A stretch of 64,000 nucleotides of DNA, taken from assembly GCF_964355755.1 (NCBI RefSeq), contig NC_092675.1:5575812-5639811 (forward strand), written 5' to 3'. This document shows positions 1-44,622 of this stretch, piece by piece. The notes below the pieces were generated by a model. It saw nothing but the letters and a program-made list of their open reading frames with translations, was not told the origin of the DNA and did not search any database. Origin of the DNA: Antedon mediterranea (Eukaryota > Animalia > Echinodermata). Positions within the stretch are counted from its first letter, which is position 1, and every line of letters starts with the position of its first letter. The translations under genes were made by a program, and so were the position numbers.

Positions 1-383
1 AACTAAATACTGCACAGTGATTATAACCTTTAGCATGCCTAATTTTTCTTGCCATTTAATTGGTTGATTTTAATAAATGTATCATGTCATCCTCACGATT
101 CGGATTAAATTGAATATAGAGTTTATTGTAAAAATGTTGGGAAACACAATAAAAACCTAATCAGTAGAGTACCCCCTCTTAACAACCCTAATTCTATTCC
201 ACCTTGTTGAATAGACCAATATCGCCTCGATTCTACTCCTAAGTATAAACATTCATTATTCACTTGCAGAAAGATATTTTTCCTGTTTCCATTAGTAGCC
301 AAGTACATTTTTTCGTAATCTATTGTAATTAAATGTATTCTGCAGAGCGATATGAATAGAACATTAAAGGTTGGTACATAAAT

Positions 384-766
384 GAGTAAGTGTGGCCGAG
401 CGGTTAAGACAGTGGAACCGTAATCCATAGTCATAACATCGGCAAGGGTTCGAGGCTCACTCGCTCCATAGTTCTGGTGGTAGAACAAGTCTTCTCGGAT
501 AAGAATCATAAACCATAGGTCCAGTGTATGCATATTGCTCGTGTGCACTTTACAGAACCTAGTACATCTTTCGAGATGAGTAGGGGGTTACCCCGGTGTA
601 CTAGTCCACATACACTGTCATGGACAGACGTAATGGCGCCATAGTTACCTGCGATAACACGATGTGACCCTTCGGGGAGAAGAATGTTATTGAAAAGGTG
701 TAACATCTAAGTCCATATCGCTCTGATCTTCATGAAATAGCGCTATATAAATGTCGCATTATTTAT
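384..766 (+). mobile_element. tRNA-derived SINE with Deu/Nin-type conserved core and CR1/L2-like tail
   Basis: A box TGGCCGAGCGG, B box GGTTCGAGGC, core GTCTTCTCGGATAAG..AAACC.TAGGTCC..GAGTAGGGGGTTACCCCGGTG, tail GCGCTATATAAAT..TTATTTAT. Confidence 0.8.
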
Positions 767-1749
767 GTCATATAACATTACTCGTCATTTGCTACAAGTT
801 CTATACATGTGAACCCTTTTTTTTCCAAACTTATATAAACTATAAATTATTTCTTATTTTGCCGGCTCGTTCTTAAGAACATCTCATTAATTTTACCATG
901 GGTGCAATAAATGTAAGTCAACTATAATCTTTCAATTTTGGATTTCGTTCTATATAATCATTACACGCTAAATTTAACTTAAAAGTAATCCCGTCTTGAA
1001 AGAGATTATCATTTTCAATCCCGTTGTTTAACAAGGCATGGGTTTCGCTTTATTCCTAGATAATTGGTGATTTGATTTGTTGAAAGTAAAATAAATCATT
1101 AATATCTGTATTTTACTACAGGTACAACTTTGAAAAGGAAGAATATTTTTTTGAGTTTAAATCTTTCAATACCTGCAAATATATTCTCACAATTCAACGC
1201 ATATTAAGCATTGATCATTATTTGTATATTAATCCAACATCTCCGAATCCTGATTTTTGTTGGTCGCAATAGAAAGCATACAATGGGAAAATCTGTAGTC
1301 AAGTGTATTTTAATTGCCTGAACAACGTACATAATGACTGCAAATTTTAATCATATAATGAGGCCAGTGAGAATTCATTATACAATTAGTCTTTCAATTA
1401 ATATTTATCGAGGTTACAGTTTGAAATATTTTAAAATGTGTACAACTACAGTTGTAGTTGGCACATTATTTTGTTTGAACTACTGTAGTACAGTATGTAG
1501 TACACTGCAGGAAAGACATCACTTTCCCCCAGACTCTCTATAAATATTGTAACCAATACCACAATCGATGTATGTTATTATTTGACACTGGTACTGGTAC
1601 TGATTCAAATAACCGTCTCACAGAGACATCTGGTAGCCATTGACTTAAAGTTGGCATTTGGATGTGTTACTTTTTAATGTAGGCCTACAGTATGAGAGTG
1701 ACTACTACCAAATTACACAATCACAAAACAACTTATAAAACAGTTCATA

Positions 1750-1985
1750 TATGCAGTTAAAACATTGCTGGGAATTATAAATTTCTTTTGAAGCAGGCTC
1801 TAATGAAGTTGCATCTAGTAGTTGACTTTGTTGTACAACTCTATCAAGTACTGATGGTATATTCCGACCTCTTCGTTTACGTTGTGTTGTGTGAAAAGTA
1901 AGAAATTTTGTAGGATCTTCATTTTCTTTTCTAATTACATGTCCGATCCAGTTGAATTGTTGCTTGTAGACATATTCTTCTAGCG
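1750..1985 (-). mobile_element. LINE (RTE-like) reverse transcriptase C-terminal remnant
   Basis: QFNWIGHVIRK..TK..KRRGR motif in the minus-strand ORF. Confidence 0.65.
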
Positions 1986-4174
1986 GCAAAAATACACTAG
2001 TAAAAGGATTCACAGAGATAGGCCTACAGTTCCCATTGGCTTCACATAAAACTGTCAACTTTTTAGGGGTGTCCCAAATTAGGGCTTCTACTCTATTTGT
2101 TTGTGAAACTCTGTTTTCTAAAAATCTACAAAAAAAATGAGATGCGAAAGATGTGAGTAATAGATACAGGATTCCAATGTGATTAGCATGTAAATTATTC
2201 CATATCTGTAATCTATTGTGCTCTGATCATTTATACTAATAATTATGATAATGTATGATCTATCTCCAAGTTGAAATAATATGAAATCTGCCAAATACCC
2301 AGTACTGTCCTATTGTATATATTGAGTAGGTGTATTTCCCCTAAAAACAAAAAGTAACCGTTGTAAATAAAAAGAATGAAATAGAATTCTTCTTATGAAT
2401 CCTATGAATTCTGTTTTTATATGTCGATGAAATTGATATTGGTACAATAACGAGGAAAATTAATTGGAGAGGGAGCCTCTGGGTATTTTGATTGCAAGTA
2501 ATTATTACTGCATAAGCACAGCTTTTTTAAGATCAACCTTTTATAGTTGATGTTAGTATAGGCTAAAGCAGATAGAATAAAAATTTTTTAGAAGATTCAA
2601 GATGCCTTTTAATTTAAGGTTATAGTTAGCCAGAAACATGAACAAGAACATAATATACTCTGAAGTTCACTCCTTACATAGGATAAATATGTAAATCTAT
2701 TCTAGTTTTTGTTATACTGTTATTTGTATGTAAAGTGTGGCAGTAATATTCTTTCACCTCGGTTATATTGTAATTATAAACATGCTTGGTCAGGTGTATT
2801 TTGCCTGGTAAAGACCGCTTTAAACTTTCACCCATTTTCTGCAAGCTTGAATGTTATTAACATATTTCATGCATTTTTAAAGTACAGCTGGTTTAATGTA
2901 AGATTGACGTGTAATATCGATCTTGCACACATTTGATTGATAGTTATATTAAGACATTAATAAATAAAATATAATATTACATTATGATGTATACAGTTTA
3001 TAAGTACACAGGTGATGTTATGAGGAAGATTAGCAACTTATAGGTAATGCGTGACCATCAGGACAACCATTACCTTGCAAATGGCTCAAATAACAGTTAA
3101 AATGTCTCCCAATGGACACACTGTCCCACTTAGTCAATCTGGCTCTTAACAGCAGTCTGACGCAAGTACCTTTTTTTAACGTTAGTTTTATTTTAAAAAC
3201 GTGTTTGCCGATGTAACTTACAGTGATGTATTAGACAGACGCCACTTTCTGGTTAGAATTTATGTAATGTATGTAACTGAATACCTTAATCCCATTCATT
3301 TATATGTCCCTGGTGAATTGGTATCAATAACTGATTATTTAACACATTTCTAAATTGGAAGGCGGATGATCCAATTAATTTTTTTTTTTTTGCTGATTTC
3401 TTTTTTCTGGAAGTAATAACGTAATAATTAGCATACTCTGTGATATAAAATCATCTTACAGCCTTTTACCCAAAGCCACCAATAAATGTGACCTTTGTTT
3501 ACACGATAATTTCGCATGGTTATAGTTTTAATACCATGGGTTTTACCAACATTTATGTTTTAAAATCATGAATAAAATTCTATAATTTCAGATAAAAATA
3601 CTTTAGTTTATGTCAAAACTGGCTACTTGTTGTAGCAAAACAGTTTGATTAATATTAAATAACCATCAACTTAATGAGCTTGACTTTTTCATGATACAAT
3701 ACTGTCATTTAATGTCATTTAAATGACTTTTGACCTTTTTTAATGGACTTTCAGATGCCAATAAAACAATTTGTCATTTTTTGTTTATTCATTTTACATT
3801 ATAATCGGAAGACAAGAATAACAATGGAAACTACTTTAATTTGACACCAAAGAAAATGATAAATTCAACATGCTTCTAAAATGACAGGCATATAACATAC
3901 CTAGAATCTGATTGGTCAAAAGTTTCCTGCTTAGATAGTAATAGTTGATATTTGCAGTTCATTGCAAGAAAGTTCTTATTGAAGTTGAGTTCAGCTTTTA
4001 CTATAATCCTATGACCATATGTAGTATACAAATAATGAATAATTTAAGTTTCTCATATAAATGTAAGTTTTTTTTTCAGAGTATTATTGTGTCTAGATAA
4101 ATTTCCTTTTTACATCTGATTCAGTATTACTTGTGAATATACTTTAAAACTGCCAAATGGCAATCTGCATTAAT

Positions 4175-4554
4175 CAGAGCCGTAGCTAGGATCTGTCAAG
4201 AGGGTGTTCGGACTCATGTTAAATCCAGGGACCAAAAATTTGTATTTATTTTTCAGGTGAAAATCGGCAATTCATTTGCAACTCTTGCAACAATATACAG
4301 ACACGTATCGCTCATACAGGGAAGAAGGTATGAGTTATTTACGAATGAGTTTACAAATTTTTCAATTTACGAAAAACCTTTTGTGCTGTGGGACACGTAT
4401 TTGGAGGATTTTCAGAGATGAGGGTGAGGTATTGGGCATATCGGGGATGGGAGTTCGCAGTCGGTTAAGGGGGTTCGCAGTCGGTTAAGGGGGTTCGCTG
4501 TAAAGGGGGTGGGGTTTCGCCCGAACCATAAAAACCTCCCTAGCTACGAACCTG
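4175..4554. mobile_element. Non-autonomous hAT-like DNA transposon
   Basis: Imperfect TIRs CAGAGCCGTAGCTAGG / CCTAGCTACGAACCTG; TTAAT on both flanks; internal 22-bp duplication. Confidence 0.6.
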
Positions 4555-5048
4555 TTAATAGATCATTGATTTGTTGAAACATTTCTGTTACAGTGACAGC
4601 AACACAGAAATGTATTAAGCTGCTGTGTAGAATATTGTGTGTATAGCTAGAGCATTGTAAAAAGTGAGTGAGTCTATAACACTTTATTTCAGATTTTGAA
4701 GTTCAATTATTTCAAACTTCTACTTCTAAGAATAAAAATTCTAAGAACACGCCGTCTGTAGTATAAACTAATCAATGTAAAGTGTTAATGTGAATCTTCA
4801 CATCTTGATTGATTGAACAATTCCATCTACTGGTACTCCTGACCTTCTCTTAGTAATTACGAGATTTACGATAATAAGGTAAAATAGAAAACATTTAATT
4901 ACGCTTCCTTGGTGATTTAAATGCACTTCCAAAAAAATTTAACTCAAGAAAAAATACTATTACTAGGCCTAGCGCTTAACAATTTATTGTGGATTTGTTC
5001 AAGTTCTCTCCTTTTGATAGTTTTAGTTTTACTGACTGGTCTACATTA

Positions 5049-5200
5049 AGCTTGGTTCCCACTGGGACTGAACACAAGGATGTATGCACAACGAAATGAG
5101 TTGACCAATCACAAGTTTGGATGATCTGTTTGTGTCATAATTGGTCAAACTCTACTTTTGATCTTACATCCTTGTGTTGCGTCCTAGTGGGAACCAACCC
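5049..5200. mobile_element. Harbinger/Tourist-type MITE, family A
   Basis: TIR AGCTTGGTTCCCACT; TTA TSD; internal CCAATCACAAG. Confidence 0.75.
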
Positions 5201-5877
5201 TTAGCTACTGAAACAGAGCATCAATTTTTTTTACCTGTGAATTTCACTATTCTATTTAATTGCTTTAATTTTTTTTTATTCAATAAAGCATTAATAGCAG
5301 ATTAATATGATATTCATAATTAGAATTTTTATATTTTCTGCCAGCTGATACTTGACAATATGGCCTATAAAAAATGAATAGCGAGCTTTCATTTTGGGAG
5401 ATGGTAGGTGAATATTAAATCGACCAAGTACAGTCCTAAAAATGAATTTAACAGTGTATAATGGGCTTGTATGCATGCACAGATTAATCTTTTGTATAAA
5501 ATAACTTCATATACCATCCCAAATGAAGGCTAAGGATGGTTGATAACTTTAAGCAGTAGGTTATAGAATGCGTTTGATAGTTAATACAGTAGATGAAAAT
5601 TAAGCTTGGTTAATTTGGCATTTAACTATACTTTGAACTTAGTTGAAATAATAACTACAGTCTGGTATAATGTAATTTTTATTCATAAAGTACACATTCA
5701 GTATGCTCGATGTTATTAGCTGTATGGTGTCGTGATATTTGCGAAATCTAATTAATTGTGAAGTACAGATGGGAATAAGAGTAAAAATCAATGCCTAACT
5801 CTGCCAGATGATTTAATAAAGTATACAAACAATTAATGATGTATGCTCTCCACTACTGTCTATGATATTGAAAACAA

Positions 5878-5917
5878 TCATACTACTACTACTGCTACTA
5901 CAACTTACTACTAGTAG

Positions 5918-5976
<59 letters not shown>

Positions 5977-6022
5977 GTGCTACTACTACTACTTGTGCTA
6001 CTACTACTACTTGTGCTACTTG

Positions 6023-6066
<44 letters not shown>

Positions 6067-6310
6067 GTACTACTACTTGTACTACTACTTGTACTACTAC
6101 TAGTACTACTACTACTAGTACTACTACTACTAGTACTACTACTAGTACTACTGTACTACTACTAGTACTACTACTATGATCTTTCTGTCATCATCTTTGT
6201 TTCCCCTCTTCCTTCTACAACATTCTCAACAACTAGTACTACTACTAGTACTACAACTTACTACTACAACTTACTAGTACTACTACTACTAGTACTACTA
6301 CTACTACTAG

Positions 6311-6348
<38 letters not shown>

Positions 6349-6478
6349 ACTACTACTACTTACTACTACTACTATTACTACTACTACTATTTACTACTAC
6401 TACTGCTGCTACTGCTATTACTACTAAACTACTACTTTTACTACTACTTACTACTTATTACAACTACTACTAACCCTA

Positions 6479-6521
<43 letters not shown>

Positions 6522-6527
6522 ACCCTA

Positions 6528-6579
<52 letters not shown>

Positions 6580-6699
6580 TTTACTACTACTACTACTATT
6601 TACTACTAACTACTACTACTTACTACTACTACTACTACAACTTAATACTACTACTACTACTACTACTTACTACTTACTACTACTACAACTTAATACTAT

Positions 6700-6731
<32 letters not shown>

Positions 6732-6752
6732 ACTACTACTACTACAACTTAA

Positions 6753-6785
<33 letters not shown>

Positions 6786-6810
6786 AACTTAATACTACTA
6801 CTACTTACTA

Positions 6811-6845
<35 letters not shown>

Positions 6846-6847
6846 AT
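5878..6847. repeat. (TAC)n microsatellite complex
   Basis: About 1 kb of imperfect TAC triplets with a short unique interruption at ~6180-6230. Confidence 0.97.
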
Positions 6848-7692
6848 TATCACTATAATAAATATAGGAATGTTGTAAAGACTTGCAATTGATAACAACC
6901 AATAATCATAATTATCAAGGATGTCATCTTTATCATCAATATCACATTAAATTTCTGTTTCATCAATAATTTGATCAAAAGAAATTGTTGATGTGGTCAT
7001 CAATCATGTCAGTATTAGAAATACATCATACGCAACATAAACTTACAGCTGCTTTTTTATATTAACTGAAAAATGATAATTAGGCTATTTGTGTTTGAAT
7101 AATGATTTTATTCTCCTCGATAGCTTACACATGTTTATTATTAAACTTTATTTACAAAGCAATTCCATCCAGTGTCAATGTCCAAGAGACCTACTTCTAT
7201 TGTCCTAGATATTACTTATTGATCCAAGTTTTGAATAATACTGTATTGTCTACCATATTTGTCATACAGTCCAATACTTGATTATAATCTCACTGCTAAT
7301 TTATGCGTGATCTTAGTATAAGTAGTCCCTTTTGTGCCTATACTTTATGGACTCTTAGAGATATTAAATAAGTTCAAATGGGTCTAAACACAACTTCTAG
7401 ATCCAACAAGTTTTAGGTAAAAAAATAATAGTTATACAGTATTTACTGTATAAAGTCCAGCCCCTTTTTTTATTATTGTAATTTTTGACTAAGGTGTTGT
7501 GTTTCTCTGGATAGCTAATTACATTATTATTATACTTTATTACGGTCACAATTTTAACTCTTATGTTAGCTCTGTTTATTTCTCTCATTTAGGTTTGTGA
7601 TTTTGTTTCTTATTTATAAAAAGGTTTTTTAATTTAAAACAGACCACAAATTGTATAATTTTTATTCTTGTGTCATTTTGATAATAAACTTA

Positions 7693-7829
7693 AGCGTGGT
7701 TCCCACTAGGATGCAACGCAAGGACGTAAACACAACGCAAGCATGTTTGAATAATCCATCGCTTGTGATTGGTCAACTCACTTACGTTGCGACTACGTCC
7801 TTGCGTTGCGTTCTAGTGGGAACCACGCT
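7693..7829. mobile_element. Harbinger/Tourist-type MITE, family A
   Basis: Perfect TIR AGCGTGGTTCCCACTAG; TTA TSD at 7690-7692 and 7830-7832. Confidence 0.85.
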
Positions 7830-7961
7830 TTAAGTAATAAACTGAAAAATGTTTACACTGATTTTCCTTCTTTTAGGCTTTGGTTGAATAGAATCAACAT
7901 AGGATGCTATTTATTTCACTTTGAGAATTAAACAAACCAGAACTTGGTGTCAGAAGTCAAG

Positions 7962-38519
<30,558 letters not shown>

Positions 38520-38741
38520 ATCATAATGTTGATGAAAATCAGCCACAATGCCCATGCCTATTTTCAGGTTGCCATTACCATAGCTTTGTTATTTTTGAAT
38601 GATAACTTTACCAATGTCAATATGAATACTACTTGAATAAGAATAAAGAGATGAACAAAAGAATAGCAAAGAGAAGAAGAGCAACCATTATGTTTGGAAG
38701 AATTCATTTTAGCAGGGAAGAGGAATTTTAGATGTGGAAAT

Positions 38742-38971
38742 GATGTACCCTAACATGTGACATGTAGGAACATACGATGTACCCTAACATGTGACATGTA
38801 AGAACATCTGACGTATCCTATCATGTGACATGTAGGAACATATGATGTATCCTAACATGTGACATGTAGGAACATACGATGTATCCTAACATGTGGCATG
38901 TAGGAACATACGATGTACCCTAACATGTGACATTTAGGAACATACGATGTACCCTAACATGTGGCATGTAG
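38742..38971. repeat. 34-bp minisatellite (GATGTACCCTAACATGTGACATGTAGGAACATAC)n
   Basis: About 7 copies, ~220 bp downstream of the stop codon. Confidence 0.93.
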
Positions 38972-40392
38972 AATCATGATCTTGTTCACATGGACACATC
39001 GATGCTCTGGCACGTTTGAACAAACAAATTGAAAATTCAACTCTTGAAACGCCCAGAAACTATGAGATTGTTTAGGTAATCATGATAAAGGAGTACTGTT
39101 GATAATTATGATTCAGTGATGTGATCCATGATTACCCTGGTTATGTAGGCAGGACACTGTTGAACAGCAGCATAATATTGTACATACGTAGTTGGTGTAT
39201 TGGCTACTTGCTAATTTGTAAAATACAACCTGTACCCAAAACATTGGTCTTTCTATTATACCGACATCGGTTGAAGCTTGTGTGTGTATTTTCCTTGTAT
39301 GTTCTTACTAAAAAAAGTTGTCATACAGCACTAACATAATTAAGCAACTATAACAAGAGGTTAGTAGTCTTTGGAACTTATTAAACTATATTTCGGAGCA
39401 ATCCAAAACATTTTAAAACCAACTTTTACAACCTGCATAGCTCTGTAAGAAAAAAGAAATTAATTTTTATAGATTTTATACTAAATTAGAACATAGTTTG
39501 TTTTAAATAAGTTAATTTTGAAAACATATATTTTAATTTCATGAATTAGAATTTTTGAAATCTTTTTCATAATATTAAAATCAGACGTGCTATGGTGCAA
39601 TATTTATTAGCATTCCTAGTGAAACGATTCTTAAAAGCTTAAAATATTCAGTTTTCTTCTTTCCCACATTTCACACTAATAATTCCAAATTAAGGTATTT
39701 TAGTAACAGTATATGTAAAATTATGGATATTTATTGTTATTAGGCGTGACATTCATAATAACAGATTTTATTCCGTTTATTCCATTCCACCAAAAGTTTG
39801 TGTAGAAAATTGTACATTTAATGACTGTGATTTATATTGGACTTTAATATAATTGTACATGATTGACAATATTAAATTTATATTTGGTCCAAGTAAGTCA
39901 TTCTTTTTTTAATAATGTTTAAAGACCAATTCCAATATATATAAAACAAACATAATGAAATATTTTTCACTTTATTAATTTATTTTTATTTTGGTGCAAT
40001 ATTAGTTGTGCTATTATTATTATTACATGTTTTATTTAGGAAAATTTAAACCAAATTTTAAAGGATGTTTTTTTAATGGTGCTACGCACAGGACACACAG
40101 TAGTGGTGATGTTTGTTCCATGTGAAAGCAGCTTTAAGTTTTTAGTTATAGTTTAATAGTTATTTATTAATTTTATTTTATGAAATTTTGAAATATAGCC
40201 GGTGCTATTATTATTTTGCTTTTTAAAAACTACATGTAGTAATTTTATTTTAATAATATTCTTTTGTTTAGTATCTCAAATTAAAATTCCTTAAAAATTG
40301 TCAATGACTTTAATTTATTTGAACACATTAATAAGGAAATGTCTTTCAATTGTAATAGTAATACTTTACTCAAATGTAAGCGCTACCCCTTA

Positions 40393-40553
40393 AGCTCTGT
40401 CTACACTATCAAACTTTGTGTTACAACAACATATGATGTGCCCATATATGGACATGATGATAGTGTATCCCTACCATATTTAAGCATATCACTACCATAT
40501 TTGGGTACATCACACGTTTTTGTCACCTAAAGTTTGATAGTGTAGACAGAGCT
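40393..40553. mobile_element. Harbinger-type MITE
   Basis: 25-bp TIR AGCTCTGTCTACACTATCAAACTTT; TTA TSD. Confidence 0.88.
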
Positions 40554-40852
40554 TTAAACATTTGGCCAATGGGCTTATATACAACAACAATATATCAGAA
40601 TGGGCACGGTAGTCTTAATTTACCAGATGATAAGTAGCTATCACTAAATTATCTCATTCATGAATCTTTTATATTGAGGCCAGTATGATATAAGAAAAAA
40701 ACTTTTGTTTTGAAAGGTAGATGAAGGACGAATGTTAAAATGAACAAATACAGTTTAGATAATGAGCCAAAGGGTGTATACTAAGCTTACATGAATGCGT
40801 AGATTAATAATATCTTGTCTCGTTCTCCTAGTGGCCCGAATCGCTATTGTTC

Positions 40853-40915
40853 AGTACATGTGGTGTACAGGTGGTGTACATGTGGTGTACAGGTGGTGTA
40901 CAGGTGGTGTACATG
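40853..40915. repeat. Short TGGTGTACA(G/T) tandem repeat
   Basis: About 5-6 units of 11-12 bp. Confidence 0.8.
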
Positions 40916-43294
40916 ATGGGAAAAGTTGACTGTACCTCTTTTGTATGGTATTATCAAGAGAGTACTAATATATCTTATTTTTTGTTATATTTAAATTTGA
41001 TTTTATGGAATAATATGTATGTTTTTATCCTACTGGTAGTGTATCCTGAAGCAGTTCTACACATTTTAAAGTAATTTTGTTAATTTGTTAAATGGTTAAA
41101 TGTTATCTACTGTATTATAATAGACAACTCATGCTTGTCATGTGAAAAATTCACTTACTAACTTCACTATATTGAATAATTACTTTCAATATAGTATTAC
41201 AATAAGATTTATTATAAAGAAGAATTCTGTTATCAGGTAAAGATAATTTTAAAAATAATGTGTGTAAATGAAATTAAGTTTTTAACACTTGCTAATTAAA
41301 AGTAAAAAAATGTGTTATTGACAGTTATTTGAACAAAGTGTCAGAGAGGTTTTAACAAGTTTTTATATAAAAATGTGTATATAAAGATTGTGGATCAAAT
41401 ATATAGTATTGAAAATAGTATTTATGTTAATTAAGAATATGTTAATGGTTGATATTAATAGGCCTATGTGTGTGTATTTTCTCATTTTGTGTATTATAAT
41501 AATTCTAATAATAATTGATATTAATATTAATACAAATTGTTCTGTAAATTTAAAAGCAACAGGTGTATCTGTATGATAGCTTAAAAGATAGTTTCGCATT
41601 TGTATAAGATACAAAATTGCAACACAATAGGCTTTTTATATGAGATGAAAATGTAACATTTCATAGCAGACAAGAATCTGTGATAGGCCTAGTTGTCGAA
41701 CAGGGTAGGAATGAGTGTTTTGTTCCATGAGCTCATGTCATTATGACAGTGATTATGTAATAATATTGTGTTATTTGTTGTAGTTACCTTTCAAATTTTC
41801 ACCACCCTTAAGTTTGTTAAAGCGTTTGTAAAAATAACATAATTGTTATAGTGGACAAAGCTAATAAGAATAAATAAGCACATTTTTTCTGTTCTACATT
41901 CTAACAATCTTATTAATTTTATAATTATTTTATAATTAATATAATTATTGCTAGAGTACATGTAGTATATTTTATTTTAAAACAATTATTAAATTTAACA
42001 TTTATATAATACATTTAAAAATGTTAAATAACAATTATTTGAATAAATTAAGTAAATGTTGTAAATGTATGTATAAGATATTTTATGAGGCTGATATGTA
42101 ATTAGATGCTGTAGTCTACTGTATGTAGAAAGGACTGGGTTCAAATCCTAATGTGAACCTTCGAGAGTATACAAAAAAAATTGTTATCGTAGTAAAAAAT
42201 TGATGTTAATTAGCACAAAGTAAAGCATAAAGTAATATGCCAGAAATGGTAGGCTTCTTCTAAATAATAGTACAGCTGATTATCCCATGTATTTTATAAC
42301 CAATCATAACCCTAAAAATACCCCCTAATGCATTTCCCATTTACTGTATCTTTTTTTAACTTTACCTTTTAAAATAATAATAATAATTACTATATAATTA
42401 TCTGTATTTTTAATAATATTTTTCCTGAAAGTAGTGTTATTCTCAAATCTATGTGTGTGTGTTAAAATTCCTTATAAATGTATAATATTAAAAATATTAG
42501 ATTTAATTATATGCCTATATTGTATTTTAAACTGTTTAATGTAGGGTTCCTTTTCTTCTTTCAACCTTAATAGATTGTTATTAACAGGGTTTTAAGGCAC
42601 AACTATATTGTGCGAGTGAATTCAGTAAATATATACATTTACACCCTAAGCTCTGACAAATATTAAATTCTAAAACCATTAAACAATGTATAATGATAAT
42701 TAAGGTGTATTTTCAACCTGAATTTAGATACTTTACGTGTAGTTTAGATAAAGATAAAAACCCTAATAATCTACCCTGCGTGGGATTTTTTATTAGACCA
42801 AACTTACTTGCCAATATCCCTGGTCATTAGTTAACGGTTGGCATTTTAGTAATTTTAAAAGTGTGTTGTATTGAAATGAAATGTTTTACTGTTTTGATAA
42901 TATTTTACTTCACACCAATGGGAGTCCTGCTTTAGGTTCGATGCGTACATTGTAGCCTCAAATATTTAGTTAATCCACTGTGTACTGGTATGATATATTA
43001 GTGTAAGTTTTGTTAGTTTGAGTCAGATATCTATATTATTTTTCCCCTCTTTCCGTTGCTTTATTGTATTCATATTTAATTCATTGCACAGAACAATTTT
43101 AAGTTTACAACACCTGCATGTAAAATTTGAACAATATGGGTATTAAGTATTTATGTTTATATGTGTCACGCGGGGTGTCCGGTGCAATAAAATAGAAGCA
43201 AGGACATTAAAATCATCTGCAGTGTTTTCTTTTTAAGTACAAGTATGAAAGATATAATAATTTCTACAGATAACTATTCAACTAAATTTGTCTA

Positions 43295-44622
43295 AACTCC
43301 AGTTTATCGAATCCAGTTTGCCACCATAGCCAGTTTGTCGACTCCTGTTTGTCACCGAAGCCAGTTTGTTCACTCCAGTTTGTCACCGAAGCCAGTGTGT
43401 CGACTCAAGTTTGGCAGTGAAGCCAGTTTGTCACCGAGGCCAGTTTTATGATTCCAGTTTGCCACTGAAGCCAGTTTGTTGACTCTAGTTTGACACTGAA
43501 GCCAGTTTGTTGACTCTAGTTTGACACTGAAGCCAGTTTGTTGACTCCAGTTTGTCACTGAAGCCAGTTTATTGACTCCAGTTTGTCACTGAAGCTAGTT
43601 TGTCACCATAGCCAGTTAACCGAATAGTTTTCCACCGAAGCCAGTTTGTCGACTCAAGTTTGCCACTGAAGCCAGTTTGTTGATGCCAGTTGATCACTGA
43701 AGCCAGTTTGTCATTGAATTCAGTTTCTCGACTCCAGTTTGTCACTGAAGCCAATTTCTTGACTCCAGTTTGTCACTGGCACCAGTTTATCACCGAAGCC
43801 AGTTTGTCGACTCCAGTTTGCCACAGAAGCCAGTTTATCACTGAAGCCAGTGTGTCGACTCCAGTTTGTCACCATAGCCAGTTTGTCGACTCAAATTTGT
43901 CATCAAAGCCAGTTTGTCGACTCCAGTTTGCCACTGAAGCCAGTTTGTCACCGAAGCCAGTTTATCGACTCAAGTTGGTCATCAAAGCCAGTTTGTCGAC
44001 TCCAGTTTGTCTAATCCAGTTTGCCACTGAAGTCTGTTTGTAACCGAAGCCAGGTTGTCGATTTATGTTTTCCACTGAAGCCAGTTTATCACCGAATAAT
44101 GTGTGGCTAATCCAGTTTGCCACTGAAGCAAGCTTGTCTAATCCAGTTTGCCACTGAAGCAAGCTTGTCTAATCCAGTTTGCCACTGAAGCCAGTTTGCC
44201 ACCGAAATATTTTTTTTCGAATCATGTTTGCCACTGAAGCCAGTTCGTCACCGAATCCATTTTGTCTAATTCAGTTTACTGAAGTCTGTTTGTCACCAAA
44301 GCAAGGTTGTCGAATTATGTCTGCCACTGAAGCCAGTTTGTCCCCGAATAATGTGTGGCTAATCCAGTTTGCCACTGAAGCAAGCTTGTCTAATCCAGTT
44401 TGCCACTGAAGCAAGCTTGTCTAATCCAGTTTGCCACTCTGAAGCCAGTTTGTCACCGAAATATTTTTTTTTCTTATCATGTTTGCCACTGAAGCAAGTT
44501 CGTCACCGAATCCATTTTGTCTAATTCAGTTTACAACTGAAGTGGTTTGTCACCAAAGCAAGGTTGTCGAATTATGTCTGCCATTGAATCCAGTTTGTCA
44601 CTGAAGCCAGTTTGCCACCGAA
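43295..44622. repeat. Complex satellite of 14-17-bp CCAGTTTG-core monomers with higher-order duplications
   Basis: Alternating GCCAGTTTGTCGACT / CCAGTTTGYCACTGAA monomers; ~240-bp block duplicated at ~44040-44580. Confidence 0.9.

Noticed and set aside
4693-4878. Candidate 5' UTR exon of the NWD gene (ttcag ... aag|gtaaaa)
   Set aside because: Splice-like motifs alone are insufficient evidence in AT-rich DNA.
5862-6179. Signal peptide plus poly-Thr mucin-like ORF
   Set aside because: It is a translation of the (TAC)n microsatellite; the Leu run is the same repeat in another frame.
6471-6529. TAACCCTAAC telomere-like motif, twice
   Set aside because: Fewer than two units each, and explained by mutation plus duplication within the TAC array.
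38742-38971. Array of p53 response elements
   Set aside because: The CATG cores lack the RRR/YYY flanks and the decamer spacing of the consensus.
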